The translations under genes and the position numbers were made by a program. From Octopus bimaculoides (taxonomy: Eukaryota), in assembly GCF_001194135.2 (NCBI RefSeq), contig NC_068985.1, forward strand, positions 86,046,385 through 86,090,345: a stretch of 43,961 nucleotides of DNA, given 5' to 3'. Of the stretch, positions 23,766 to 35,720 are shown piece by piece. Every line of letters starts with the position of its first letter. Positions within the stretch are counted from its first letter, which is position 1. The notes under the pieces were generated by a model that was not told the origin of the DNA, did not search any database, and saw only the letters and a list, made by a program, of their open reading frames with translations.

Positions 23766-25959
23766 TGTTGTGAAAGCAATAAAAACTTGTAGATTTGAGA
23801 CAAGTATTTTCTTCTACATTCTTTCCTTTTTTGTTGCTTTTTCTCAATCATGGAGAATGCATGGAAAATGATTGGAAACAACAGGTTGTTCCTTAATTTC
23901 CTCAAAAGAAAAAGAAAAACAACAAAGCAAAATATATCTGTATATAACAATGAAAAGGGGATTTCCTGAAGATGGAAATATATCATAAAATATCTAAATA
24001 TCTGTATATATATATATATATATATATATTTACACAAAATATATACATATATATTGCTCTGTATCTATGTATATATCTCATGGAAAATAAAAATAAAAAT
24101 ATACACAATAATGATGGTCATTTTGCTTGAAAAGGATACAGCATGGAACTTAAACATTATGGTATGAAATTCATATTAGAAAGGACATGACAGAAAAAAC
24201 ACACGCAAACATTAAGCAAATTTGTTTTTGTGAAACAAATGTTGGCTAGCAATGGGAAGTTAAAAGCTCTAGTAATAAATATTGATATGTCTAATAGCAA
24301 GTTGTTATTTTAGTTTATTTTACTTTATCGCACATCCCTTATACAACATATAATCAGAATCATTTTTTACCTTCTCTATCTTCTTCTTCTTCCCACCTTC
24401 TATTACAAAGGGCAACACTATTTTGAATAATGTGGCATTTTGACAAGTATTAATGGAAACAAAAAAAAAGTAGTATTCACAATAATAATAATGATAATAA
24501 TAATAATAATTGTGATGGTGATGACAATGATGATGATGAATAAATGAATTAATGAAAGCAAATTCTAAAACTGTAGTAACATCTACATTGTAACGTTTCC
24601 TTTTGTTATTTTGCGTTAAATATTTTCCAGAAGCTACTTTCACTTTCATTGCAAATACAAACAACTCGTAAATAAAACAGCAATGCTCTTCATTTATTTT
24701 ATACAAATGTTTACTTTTCTTCTTCTTGAATTAAGTTTTATTTTGTTTTGTTGTTGTTTATAGGAAACTAACCCTTTATCTATCAGATATTTCCATTAAA
24801 AATCACCCCCTCCATCCTCCCTTTCCCCATCTTTTTAATTTATTTTTTTTAACTAGTTTGTATGAAAAATCATGTTTTTGAAAAACAATAAAATGAACTA
24901 AGACAGTGCGGTAACTTTTAAATGTTAACATTTGAAAAGCTTGTCGAAACGAGCTATTGAGGAAATATCAGAGTATTTAAGATGGAGATAACGATTGATT
25001 ATCTTTAATTTTTCTTAATTACTCAGTTTAAATGATTCAAAACAAAAAAGCAAAAGCAAAAGCAAAAAAAAAATTTATTCTCTGCCTATTAAAATAAAAT
25101 GTTATTTCTTTTAACATTTCCTGAGAAACTTGCATTAGTGATATCTCTTTCTGTTTGATTAGGGTTTAAAAAGTGCCAGAAAAAAAGGCTGGTGGGGAAA
25201 GTGAGGGGGTGGAGAACGAAAGAAAGAAAGACAGACAGACAGTGGGGGGGGGCATTAGGAAATTAAGAAAAACAAAAATGCCCTTAAAAGAACAAATAAA
25301 CAAAACAGGAAAGTGAAAAGTCATTGAAGGGATCATTTAATTTTCATAAATCTCTTGCCGCCGTATTAAATATCAGCATGGCATCAGAAGATTCCAAACA
25401 ATTTTGACTTCAACTAAATTGTTAAATCAATTAATTTCCTTTCCTTTCCTTTCTTTTTTTTTTCAAAAATAAAAAATTCAGGTTTTTGAATTTGACTGGT
25501 ATTCTTGCTCCAAGAAGAAAACAAAATTTGTATCTTTTAAAATTTTAGTGTTGCTCTTAATGACTAATAATTTAAAATTTTTGATTACCTTTTGTAACAA
25601 TTAACGAGTTTTCTTTTTATCCTTAATAATATTTTGTTTTACACCTCTTCAATTCTTTATTTTAAAAGAAATATTTCATGGATTGTTGTTCTTTCTCAGC
25701 TTATTTCACTTTTTTTATTCCCAAGTATCTATTTATATATCTACCTCTCTCAGTCAATTTATTTTTCTGTCTGTGTATTTCTTTGTGTATTTCTCTGTCT
25801 CCTATCTAAGTCTGTCCGTATGTCTGCCTCGATGTCCATCTCCTATCTAACTCTCTCTCTGTTCATGTCTTTCTGTTTTACATTTTTTATTGATTTCATT
25901 CGGCAAGTTTTAATTGATTGTATCAATCCCTCTATTAATCTCAGTCTGTTAATAACAAC

Positions 25960-26200
25960 AACAATTCTTTTGGCTCTGGTCACAAGGCTTGAAGTTTTGA
26001 AGGCAGAGGAAAGTCAATTGCATCTAACTCATTCTTGACTGCTATTTTGTTTTATCAACCCTGAATGGATGAAAAGCAAAACTAACCTCAGCAAGATTTG
26101 AACTCATAACATAAAGTGCCAGAAGAAATGCTGCTAAGTATTTTGTCCGACATGCTAACAATTCTGCCAGCTTGTTGCCTTTTTAATAATGGTTTCAGAT
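25960..26200 (-). mobile_element. SINE family B
   Basis: CACAAGGC..GATTTGAACTCATAAC..ATGCTAACAATTCTGCCAGCTTGTTGCCT. Confidence 0.85.
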
Positions 26201-26360
26201 TTTGGCACTGTAACTGGTTCTTTTATTTGCTGAGGGTGGTGTGGGGCATCACAGCATCACATGAGGGGGACACTACAAGAATAGGTCACAATTTGTGTTG
26301 GAAATTACATAAAAGATGAGAAGGAAAGGAAAAAGAGGGTGGAAAGAGAGAAAAGTATAC

Positions 26361-26513
26361 AGGCGTAGCTGTGTGGCAAGAAGCTTGCTTCCCAACCACA
26401 TGGTTCCAGGTTCAGTCCCACAGCGTGCCCACTTTGGGCAAGTGTCTTCTACTATAACCTCAAACCAACCAAAGCTTTGTGAGTAGATTTGGTTGATGGA
26501 AACTGAAAAAAGC

Positions 26514-26521
<8 letters not shown>
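26361..26521 (+). mobile_element. SINE family A head with Pol III A/B-box-like motifs
   Basis: GGCGTAGCTGTGTGGCAAG and GGTTCAGTCCC; ends in (TA)n. Confidence 0.9.
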
Positions 26522-26553
<32 letters not shown>

Positions 26554-26587
26554 GCCAAAGAGCTTAACACATTGAATAAAAGAATTC

Positions 26588-26727
26588 AAATATATGTCAC
26601 CCCTATTGTGTTACCCCTTTCTTAGGAGCTATATTTAAATATATGTCACCCCTATTATGGTACTCCTACCCCAGGGGCCACATTTAAATTACCCTTATTG
26701 TGTCACCCTTTCCCTGGGGCCACATTT
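26588..26727. repeat. Imperfect 49-bp minisatellite, about 3 copies
   Basis: Units of 49, 49 and 42 bp starting AAAT and ending A(T/C)ATTT, with a shared CCC(C/T)TATT core. Confidence 0.85.
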
Positions 26728-26904
26728 ACCATGATGCCCTGTTCTCCCCTTGCAAATGTTGTCACTTTGAAAGTTCTTCCTTACACTTGTTAACAACATC
26801 AACTCATCACAGATGATCTGTGAAGACGATGGGCTCAGCATCTTCTGCCAAATCAAATCTTTAAGAAAACTAACCCTGAGACTCCAGTCACTGGTGTGAC
26901 TTTT

Positions 26905-27270
26905 TGGTTGAGAAGTTAGCTTTTGAAGAACATGGCTTTGGGTTCAGTCCCATTGCACAGCATCTTGAGCAAGTATCTTTTATAGATTATGGCTTGGGCG
27001 AGTGGGTCCTGAGAGTATTCCAAAAACAGAAACTGAAAGAAGCCCTTTGTAATTGCATGTGTTTGCATCTATGCTTCTCCCAAAAAAATCACTTCACTAA
27101 AGGTAGTGATGTTGTAATTTCTCTTGTCAACAACACCAATAACTATAATAAGAGATCCCTTAGTTGAAAACAGATGACTTGAAGGGCATCTGATTGGAAA
27201 ACAATGCCTCAACAATATATGCTCACGTAGCCCATGCTGGCTTGGAAAACAAATGTTAAATAAAATGGGT
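26905..27270 (+). mobile_element. Degenerate SINE family A with degenerate 3' module
   Basis: GGGTTCAGTCCCATTG..GAAACTGAAAGAAGCCC..GAAGGGCATC..CCCATGCTGGC. Confidence 0.65.
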
Positions 27271-28287
27271 TATTCTTAGTAAATATAATTTTACTAAACT
27301 AATCCTGATGGAGATCTTCAGGGAAGGGATCATAAAAAAAATGGTAAGTGCTCAATACGTTTGTATAATGTAGGCATCACTAAACAGTTTGTTATCCTGA
27401 AATCCTGAATGGAGACAACTGTAGCAATGTGTACGTCGCATGATATCCATACAAGAAGATCCTGACAACAGCAACACAAGACATCAGTCCAGTTCCTATT
27501 TTCAGTTGATACCAGCAAGTTGATTTCAATGTGCTGCTATGATAAAATAAACACCTACCTCTTTCTTATGATGACCAATATAATTCACTTAAAAGTGAGA
27601 GCCATTGTATCTTAGCAGCAAGAAGGAGAATATTGCAGGTATTACTTGTCAGGTAAATGGAAAAAGAAATGATTTTAATTTTCTTTCAGTTAAGAATTAA
27701 TTTTGTTCAGAGATGAAGGATTCTATTATTAATAAATGAAATCTGCTGAAATAAGCTGCTTTATGAAATATTGATATTCTAAATATTTAAACATATAAAA
27801 GGATAATAAATTAGATTTATAATGCATTAATATGCGCAGGGACAGAGCTGCAGCAACAGATAAGTATGGCAATGTATACATAGAGAAGTATATACAGAGT
27901 TATGCCTGTATGTATACAACGTAATATAACGTGTGTGTGTGTTTATATTTATTGTGTTGGCTTTATATACAAAACTATAAAAGTTCACATTTGCTGGGGG
28001 GATGTGAAGGCTGTAATGATATATATTTATATGATAGAGCTGCTGCCATATGCACACACAAACACATACTTAAATACATGAGCACATATATATCTATATA
28101 TATATATATACACACACACACACCACACACATACATTGTATAAGTAAAGCGTTAGATAGAAAGAGTGAACAAAACTGCCCATGGGATTCCAAATATGTAT
28201 CTGTCATAAAGCAACAGATGCATGGTTCAATCCCCAGAGGCAGTTCTGTTCACTTTTTCTACCTTATGTCTTATTTGTAAATTTTTA

Positions 28288-28324
<37 letters not shown>

Positions 28325-28634
28325 CATAACACATCACAGTTGCTTTTAGAAATGGAAGAGAATTTAATACATAAAAGAATATTCGTAATTCTTTATTAGG
28401 TGATATATTAAATATGTGTGTGTGTGTGTGTGTGTGTGAAAGAGAGAATGTGTGTGTAAGAGAGTGTGTGTATGTGTGAGTGGGATTTTGTATTAGCAAG
28501 TATATATGTTTGTGTGCATGTGAGGAATGTAAATAGGAAACTTTTGATAAAAGAATAAACATTGTGAGTAGTTTTTTTTTTCCTGTCAGTTGTGAATCGA
28601 AGTGCATATAGATACACAAGCATCTAACCATTCT

Positions 28635-28673
28635 GTCTGTCTGCCTGTCTGCCTGCCTGCCTGCCTGCCTGCC

Positions 28674-28755
<82 letters not shown>
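28635..28755. repeat. Compound (CTGT/CTGC/CTAT)n tetranucleotide repeat
   Basis: Read directly. Confidence 0.97.
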
Positions 28756-29329
28756 CATGTGCACGTATGCATGTGTGTGTGCACATGTGTGGTACATGGA
28801 GCTCTCTATGTACCATAGTTTCATACTATTACCCATGAACTAGGGCAATAAACTTCATCAGACTACCATAATTGCTGAGACAAAGGACAGGATGATGCTA
28901 TATCACACAATGTGTGATGTCACCAGAGTTCTCTCTCTTTCTCTCTCTTTGTTGGAGAGAAATAACAAAGGCATCATACCATATCTGCAAGCTTATACTA
29001 GATCTCTCTTTCTGTTTATTATTGATGTGTAGTGGTATATAATGTAATATTTCTCAACCAAACATAAACTGCATCAGTTTGAATTATTTTTGCATGGGGT
29101 AGCAATGTCAAAGACAGATATACAATATCTTAAAAGTCACCCAATTCTTTTTTTGGTTGTGCTTTGTCAGTGATGTAATAGTTTCTTTATTAAAGTATTT
29201 GAAAGAGCTCATATGCTGATGTAATCTGTTCTTAAATCGGTGTCCTGTTAAGCTGATGGAAGAAACAATACTGACATTATTTTCACATATACTTAGTCTG
29301 CTACACGATGTACTTAGTCATACATTGGT

Positions 29330-29480
29330 TACTTCTGTTTACCAAATCAACTCACAAGGCTTTGATTGGTCTGACGCTATAGTAGAAAATACTTTCCCAC
29401 GGTGCCGTGCTGTGGGCTTGAACACAGAAACCTGTGGGTGGAAGTAAGTTTCTTACTACACATTTATGCCTTTGTCTGCA
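29330..29480 (-). mobile_element. SINE family A head, antisense
   Basis: ACCAAATCAACTCACAAGGCTTTG..CTATAGTAGAA is the reverse complement of part of 26361-26521. Confidence 0.8.
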
Positions 29481-30366
29481 ATTAACTTTTCCTGTCTCTA
29501 AATTTCTGGTCTTGTTGGTCTTGTACCTAAGTAAAATCCTTAATTAGACTGCAGTCTAGAACATATTAATTAAGTCTGAAGTTATGTTGGAATGTTTTAA
29601 TTTAGAATCAAAGATTTTTAATATGAGATACATTGATAACTGAATGAAAGGTGGTCTCAGGTAAGGTTTATATCACAAAAGGTCAAACACATCAAGATAT
29701 TTGTTGAGTGACTCCATAAGAGCCACAGCCTTGGTTACAGGCATAAACAGGTTTCAAGGCGATGACATCATCATCATCACCATAGTGATAAACCAAATGA
29801 AGAGAAATACATCGTACTCAGCTTTTGTCAAGATATAAATTTGAGGGTTTTGGAAATTAAAGAAAATTAGTCTTTTGAGTGGTTGATTTATTGTCTTTTA
29901 TTGACTAGAAGGGATATCATATTCCAAGTAACTGGTGTATGGAAGGATTAAAGTTTAAGTGCTACTCAAATTGAAGCATCTATTGTTCTAATCTTTTGCA
30001 TTCATTTCCTTCTATCTCTCTGATATCTGCAAGAACCCAATGGGATGTTATGTTCTGCTAGGCCTCCTTTCATCTTTACAATAACAACAAATAATCAAAT
30101 CAACATAATTACTCAAAAGCTTTTCTCTTACAAGCTTTACATTTGAACATCTACATTTTCCCCCTATAACACTGCAGAGACATTGTTCATGGCAGTTTGT
30201 CATTACTCATGGTAATAATTATAAAAGAGATCCAAAGATAATCTAATTCTGATATCAAACCGAACAGCAGCCAGTCATTTATCATGAAGACATGTCTGCT
30301 GCCATGAATATCCCAACTCTCTGGCCACAGATATTTTGGTTCAGAAGAAAAACTAAACAAAAAACA

Positions 30367-30373
30367 GAGAGAG

Positions 30374-30452
<79 letters not shown>

Positions 30453-30478
30453 GAGAAAGGGAGAGAGAAAGAGAGAAA
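30367..30478. repeat. (GA)n microsatellite
   Basis: Read directly; explains the poly-ER ORF. Confidence 0.98.
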
Positions 30479-31802
30479 CATGAATATCATTTATTGAGTC
30501 ATGTTACATTGGCACTTAGTTGTGAGTCACAGAGTCTGTAGAAGTAGCCTGATGACTTTGATGACAGAGAATTGCATGTAAATGGATAGGTACTGTTGAA
30601 ATAGTTGGAATTTATGATGCTAACCTGGAATTGTTTCATCACTTTCTAATTGATCAACAGTTCTACAGTTAGTGCCAGTGATAGAATTCTTCCAATATGG
30701 ATATTTGCATGTGAATTTGAGGATCAATTAGTTTGTGAAATGACTGTCTTAATTCAAATTATTCAACTGTAAAGGAATGACACCACAGAATGGCTGGAGA
30801 AAGGTTTCAATTCAACCATTCCAGTAAGCCGGTACGTTAAAGTACTTTAAAATTGTGACTACTGTGCCTCTTTGAAAGTAAATTCAACAAGAATACACGA
30901 CATCAGTGCCTAACCAAAATTTTGCAGACACTCATATATTTCATAGTATAAGGCAGTCGTCTGGTACAGTTGTTAGAGTGACAAACAAGAGTACCCTGGT
31001 GTATTCAAAGTCCATCTTTGCCTTTCATCCTTTCAAGTCAATAAATATAAAACCAGTCCAGTACTGGGGCTTTTCTTTCTCTTCCTCTCAGTGAAAATTA
31101 TTGGTTATAGTCAAATCTGGGGAGACTTGGTCTCTTATAAAATGCCCAAGACAAACCATATATCATTATGGCAACCTCATACCCATATTGCCAAGGCATA
31201 TTCGATTGTACTAAATTTAAAACATGCCAAGAGAAGAATGAAAGGAAAACTCAACCACGGTGGGTTTTGAACACAAAACATTCTAGCGTTGTCAATATGA
31301 ACTTCTGTTGTTTCGTTTTATTAAATTAATAAAATATGGTTTACTAGAGAGAAATGATAGTTTCCTGTTTATTTACCTTATCATTATTGGGTGGTGTAGC
31401 AGTGGTTGTATTAGAGCCAGTGCGTGAAGTTATTACAAGAAATCTAAAGAAAAAAGCATTTCTGTTCAAATGACTGTGCGATGGCAGAGTAAGAAATGTG
31501 AGGCTCTGTGATGCTAGTTATATGCAACAAGCAAAGGATGTGGAAGATATCTACAAAGACTGGACACAAACATTCTCCACTAAATGTAGAACACTAATCG
31601 TAATTGAATATTAAAGCTATCAGCTGGAATAGATATTTATTCCTTTTTAATGCCTGATTGACCCTGCAAACATGGCTGAGAGAGGAGAAAATTTGAAAAG
31701 GAGAAGTTATATGGTCACATGCTTTTCATATCACCAACCCTTACCTGTTTTACAAATGTACAATTATTTGTATTATATATATAATATATATATATATATA
31801 TA

Positions 31803-31812
31803 NNNNNNNNNN
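31803..31812. other. 10-N gap flanked by an exact 35-bp duplication
   Basis: 31753-31787 equals 31813-31847. Confidence 0.97.
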
Positions 31813-31839
31813 CAAATGTACAATTATTTGTATTATATA

Positions 31840-31974
31840 TATAATATGTGACAATTAGTTGGTTATCATAATAAAACTCAGTTTCAGATAATGGAGATAC
31901 CGGGGCAGACTTCAGCCCCGGTATCTGAAACTCTGAGTTTTATTATGATAATCAACTAATTGTTGCATATTATA
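31840..31974. repeat. Fold-back inverted repeat
   Basis: 42-bp arms (31840-31881 and 31933-31974, 39/42 complementary) plus a perfect 12-bp inner stem (31895-31906 and 31915-31926). Confidence 0.95.
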
Positions 31975-32058
31975 TTTATAGATAAATTCCTCTATTTTAC
32001 ATAATATCGAGGCTGCATTCATTCTTTGTTGTCATATTATTATTATTATTATTATGAA

Positions 32059-32201
32059 TGGTTGGTGTTAGGAAGGGTATCCAGCTGTAGAAACTCCGCC
32101 AAATCAGATTGGAGCCTGGTGTAGCCATCTGGTTTCACCAGTCCTCAGTCAAATCGTCCAACCCATGCTAGCATGGAAAGCGGACGTTAAACGATGATGA
32201 T
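32059..32201 (+). mobile_element. (GAT)n-tailed 3' module, young copy
   Basis: 7 mismatches in about 143 bp versus the copy starting at 35. Confidence 0.9.
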
Positions 32202-32633
32202 ACATAGATAGATATAGGCTTCTTTAATTTTTTATCTACTAAATATCAGCACAAGGCACTGGTCAGTCCAGGGCCATAGAACACCTGTTAAATATTTTGG
32301 CATTAGACTATTGCCCCTCTCAAATCTTCTTGTTCTTCTGTTTTCTTGCAGCATTTTAAATAGCAAGTCATTAGCATCAAGTTCACCTGCGTTGGGGGAC
32401 CTACAAAAGTCATGGGTACTGCTCTTTCTTCCCGACCCACCAATTAAAAGAAAGGTTGGTCAAAACTAGAAATATTGATCAAACTTTTAATTTTTTCTTT
32501 ATCCCTCTCAATCTCACACTCTTACACGAATGACAGTAACTAACTCATTGAAATTAAAGATTTTACTCACCACTAAATCATGTTAAATATCACCATATTT
32601 TCCTTTATCCTTTCTCTTTTAAATAGATCCATC

Positions 32634-32635
<2 letters not shown>

Positions 32636-32701
<66 letters not shown>

Positions 32702-32707
32702 TTATTA

Positions 32708-32757
<50 letters not shown>
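32636..32757. repeat. (ATT)n microsatellite
   Basis: Read directly. Confidence 0.98.
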
Positions 32758-32759
<2 letters not shown>

Positions 32760-34644
32760 AGTCAGTTTGATTTATATCTTCTGTGACTCAGACTAAAACC
32801 ACTTAATGTGTTCTGTTGTTCATTTTCCCCTTCTTTTTCTATTGTCTTTTACTGAAGTAATTCCAACCGAAACAACTATTTGTACAACCATTAGAAATTC
32901 TTTAATTAATCAATTATGGATACTGATCTGAAATATCAATGAGAGAGAAAACATTTTAGTTTTGTTTTGTTTTTTTAAATGTCTAATTAAGTTGATTTAA
33001 TATTACAGTACACTGCTAGAAGAGGAGGTGCTAAATCATATATTTATAGTTTTGTTCCTGCTTTTATTTTAATTTCTTTTTTTTTTTTTTTTTTAATATT
33101 TGTGGCCATTGTGGTGGTTGCGGTGGTTAAAACAACTTGAATGAGTAAAATAATGTCTGGGCTTGAACGAATGATGATGATGATGATGATGATGTCATAA
33201 GGTGGACTGGTTGATTAAACGATAAACTAATGCCAGCGATTTGATCTATGAAGTACAATCACACACAAGATAGCTTCTTTGGTTTTGTGTTTTTGGTGGG
33301 AATATCATTTATCAGTTCATGAAAATATAATTATTTCCTGCAGAGCCAGGAATCCGGAGATATTTACAATAAAGGTTATTTTTTTAATGTTGTTGTTGTT
33401 GTTGTTGTTTAGTTCAAAGTTTAGTCTTAGCCAGACATGAGTGAAAAGATTCTAGCTATGACCATCCCATCTTGTTTTTCGATATTCATATCAGTCTTTG
33501 CAGAATAGACATCATTGAATGTGTCCTCCCCACTTTTATAAAATGGATGCATGTAATTCTGACTGCAGACAGACATCTCTTTCAGTTTAGACCCTGTTGT
33601 TGTTTGGCCCCAGGTCAAATCTGACTGAACAAATTTATGATCAAAGACACTCCAATCATGACCATTCCAACTGTTTCCTGTTTGAAAGGAATACAATATA
33701 TTGTTTTAAGATACTAATCTGTGATATGAAGGACATTTTACTATTATTTTTAGCATATTCGAAGAACTTCATAATTTAGTCAGTTCGACCTCATTTAGGC
33801 TTTTTGATAAAACCATTTCACATACCTTTTGCTAATAAATGTCCTTTAAAAACATTAAGATTTTAAAAAAATTATAAGTCTCTAACTAGGCATTGCTCTT
33901 GTTGCTATGTTCATTAAGCTTTTTATCTGACCTCAAAAATATCTCACGGCATGAGCACAAGAAAAACAAAAGAGATTTCAGTCACATTCCATCTAACTCT
34001 ACTATTATTGTTCAATACAGAGTAAGCTTTGCTTGCCATTGCAACCGCATTAAACAACAGATTATATCAAATGTTACATTTTGTAGACTTCTACATTATT
34101 AGAGGATGAAGACCACATAACTACATTGATATTATTGGCAGAGAAACAACTTGAAATTTTTGGAACTTCCAAAGCTTAATGGGAGATAGAAAATTCTGGT
34201 ATAGCATGGAGAAATGCTTCTCAGTTGCAGGCACTTGAAGTAGCTAAAGCAAGAATCATAAGTTTCTCTCTTGACATTGGTTAGTGTTTTGCCTAAGGCA
34301 ACCGCCTAAGTCGATTCTGTTCAACCAAACTAATACCCACACTTGTTCTTCTACTCACTACACTAACCCCTTTTCCCACCTGTTTATTCCCTCCTCACAC
34401 TGTTACGAAAGCATATCCCACCTCCCATCACCCACCTGTCCTCTCTCGTCTTCACCTTCTTGTTCATCACTACCTTCCCTCCTAACTCCCACCACCAGGT
34501 ATTTCCTCCATAGCAAGACATTCATGTTCGACTCTCTGTCATACTTTAGTCTTTCAACACCAGGCATACATCCACTTATCACCACTTTCCAACAAGCTTT
34601 TGTTCTCTCCTTCTCTGTTCTTTTCTCTCCTGCAAGTCACATGG

Positions 34645-34853
34645 CAACCTCATTAGTGCCAGTGGCACACAAATAAAGAAGCACCCAGTACACTCTCTTA
34701 AGTGGTTGGCATTAGGATGGGGCATCTAACTATAGAAACCAGGCCAAAAATTACACTGAAGCTCAATGCAGCCCTGCAGCTCAGTGGTTCTTTGTCAAAC
34801 TGCTTTATTCTTGCCAGCATGGAAAACAGATGCTAAATGATGATGATGATGAT
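34645..34853 (+). mobile_element. (GAT)n-tailed 3' module, older copy
   Basis: GCACCCAGTACACTCTC..GTGGTTGGCATTAGGA..CAGCATGGAAAACAGATGCTAAA-(TGA)n. Confidence 0.8.
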
Positions 34854-35091
34854 AATTCCAGCCATGACTATCCACTCTTATTTCAGGTACAGTATATTTT
34901 GGACTACATTATTCAATGGCAACATACTTTATTTTTGACATGAAGGCTACAATATGAGACTTATTTGGCTACTATTTCTAACAGGTCAAATGACCCTATT
35001 AAGGCTCTCCAATTGCCATGAGTTGTATGATACATCATCTAAAGTAAAATTAATTTCTCTGTTTGGTAGGAAAAACCTCAGAGAAAAGTGG

Positions 35092-35310
35092 AATCCTTTA
35101 TTGCCATATTTCTATTGAAATAATCTGTATGCGTTCCAATTAATTTTGAAAATAAAGAATTTAGTAAAATAACTTTGTCATTATTAATTTGGTGTTTGAA
35201 ACATTACATGAAATTTTGATAGAAGGTTTTAATTCACATCAGTTTAAAATGGAAAGTTTACATCATAGAACTAGTGCTAGTCTCTGCGGGGTTGGTTTCA
35301 AAACAGTTAA
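35092..35310 (+). mobile_element. piggyBac-like MITE, degenerate second copy
   Basis: TTGCCATATTTCTATTGAAATA..AAAGAATTTAGTAAAATAACTTTGTCATTATTAA aligns to the reverse complement of 17507-17717; ends GTTAA. Confidence 0.55.
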
Positions 35311-35499
35311 TTTGTCATTTGTAAATAGTTGAATTAACCATTAAGAACAGAATTGAAGGAAAACAATTTGCATTCCAACTTTTCAGTTTGCCATTTTTTA
35401 TCTGAAAAACTCTGTTAAACAGTTTTTTAGATTTGCTATAGGAACCATTTTAATCTGTGGATTTGAATGTTGAACACTTGGGAAAGGGATAGAAAACAA

Positions 35500-35720
35500 A
35501 CTAAATAGAAGATATTTCAAAATCTTATGGAGGGTGAAGAATAGTTCTTAGGCACAACATTTAGTGAACAGAATATTATATGGAAGTTTACCATTATTAA
35601 GAGAAACCATTGAAACACATGGTGGAAGACCTTGTCGAATATAAGAGTATTTGTTGCTGCAGGATACAAACCTTGAAAATAAAAGGATGTTACAGTGATG
35701 ATGCGGGAAAGGAAAAGATG
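35500..35720 (+). pseudogene. RTE-type LINE ORF C-terminal relic
   Basis: QHLVNRILYGSLPLLRETIE / GGRP..*EYLLLQDTNL resembles HI.N..LYG.LP.IS..I and RGRP..TY...L..DTGL, with an internal deletion. Confidence 0.45.

Noticed and set aside
23030-24037. Long ORFs of 205-301 aa
   Set aside because: Created by the N gap and TA repeats.
26361-26440. tRNA gene
   Set aside because: A/B-box-like motifs only, no cloverleaf, and continuous with a SINE body; the same applies to the other SINE heads.
35592-35671. 80-nt minus-strand exon candidate with good splice signals
   Set aside because: The opposite strand reads as an RTE LINE C-terminal relic, which explains the open frames.
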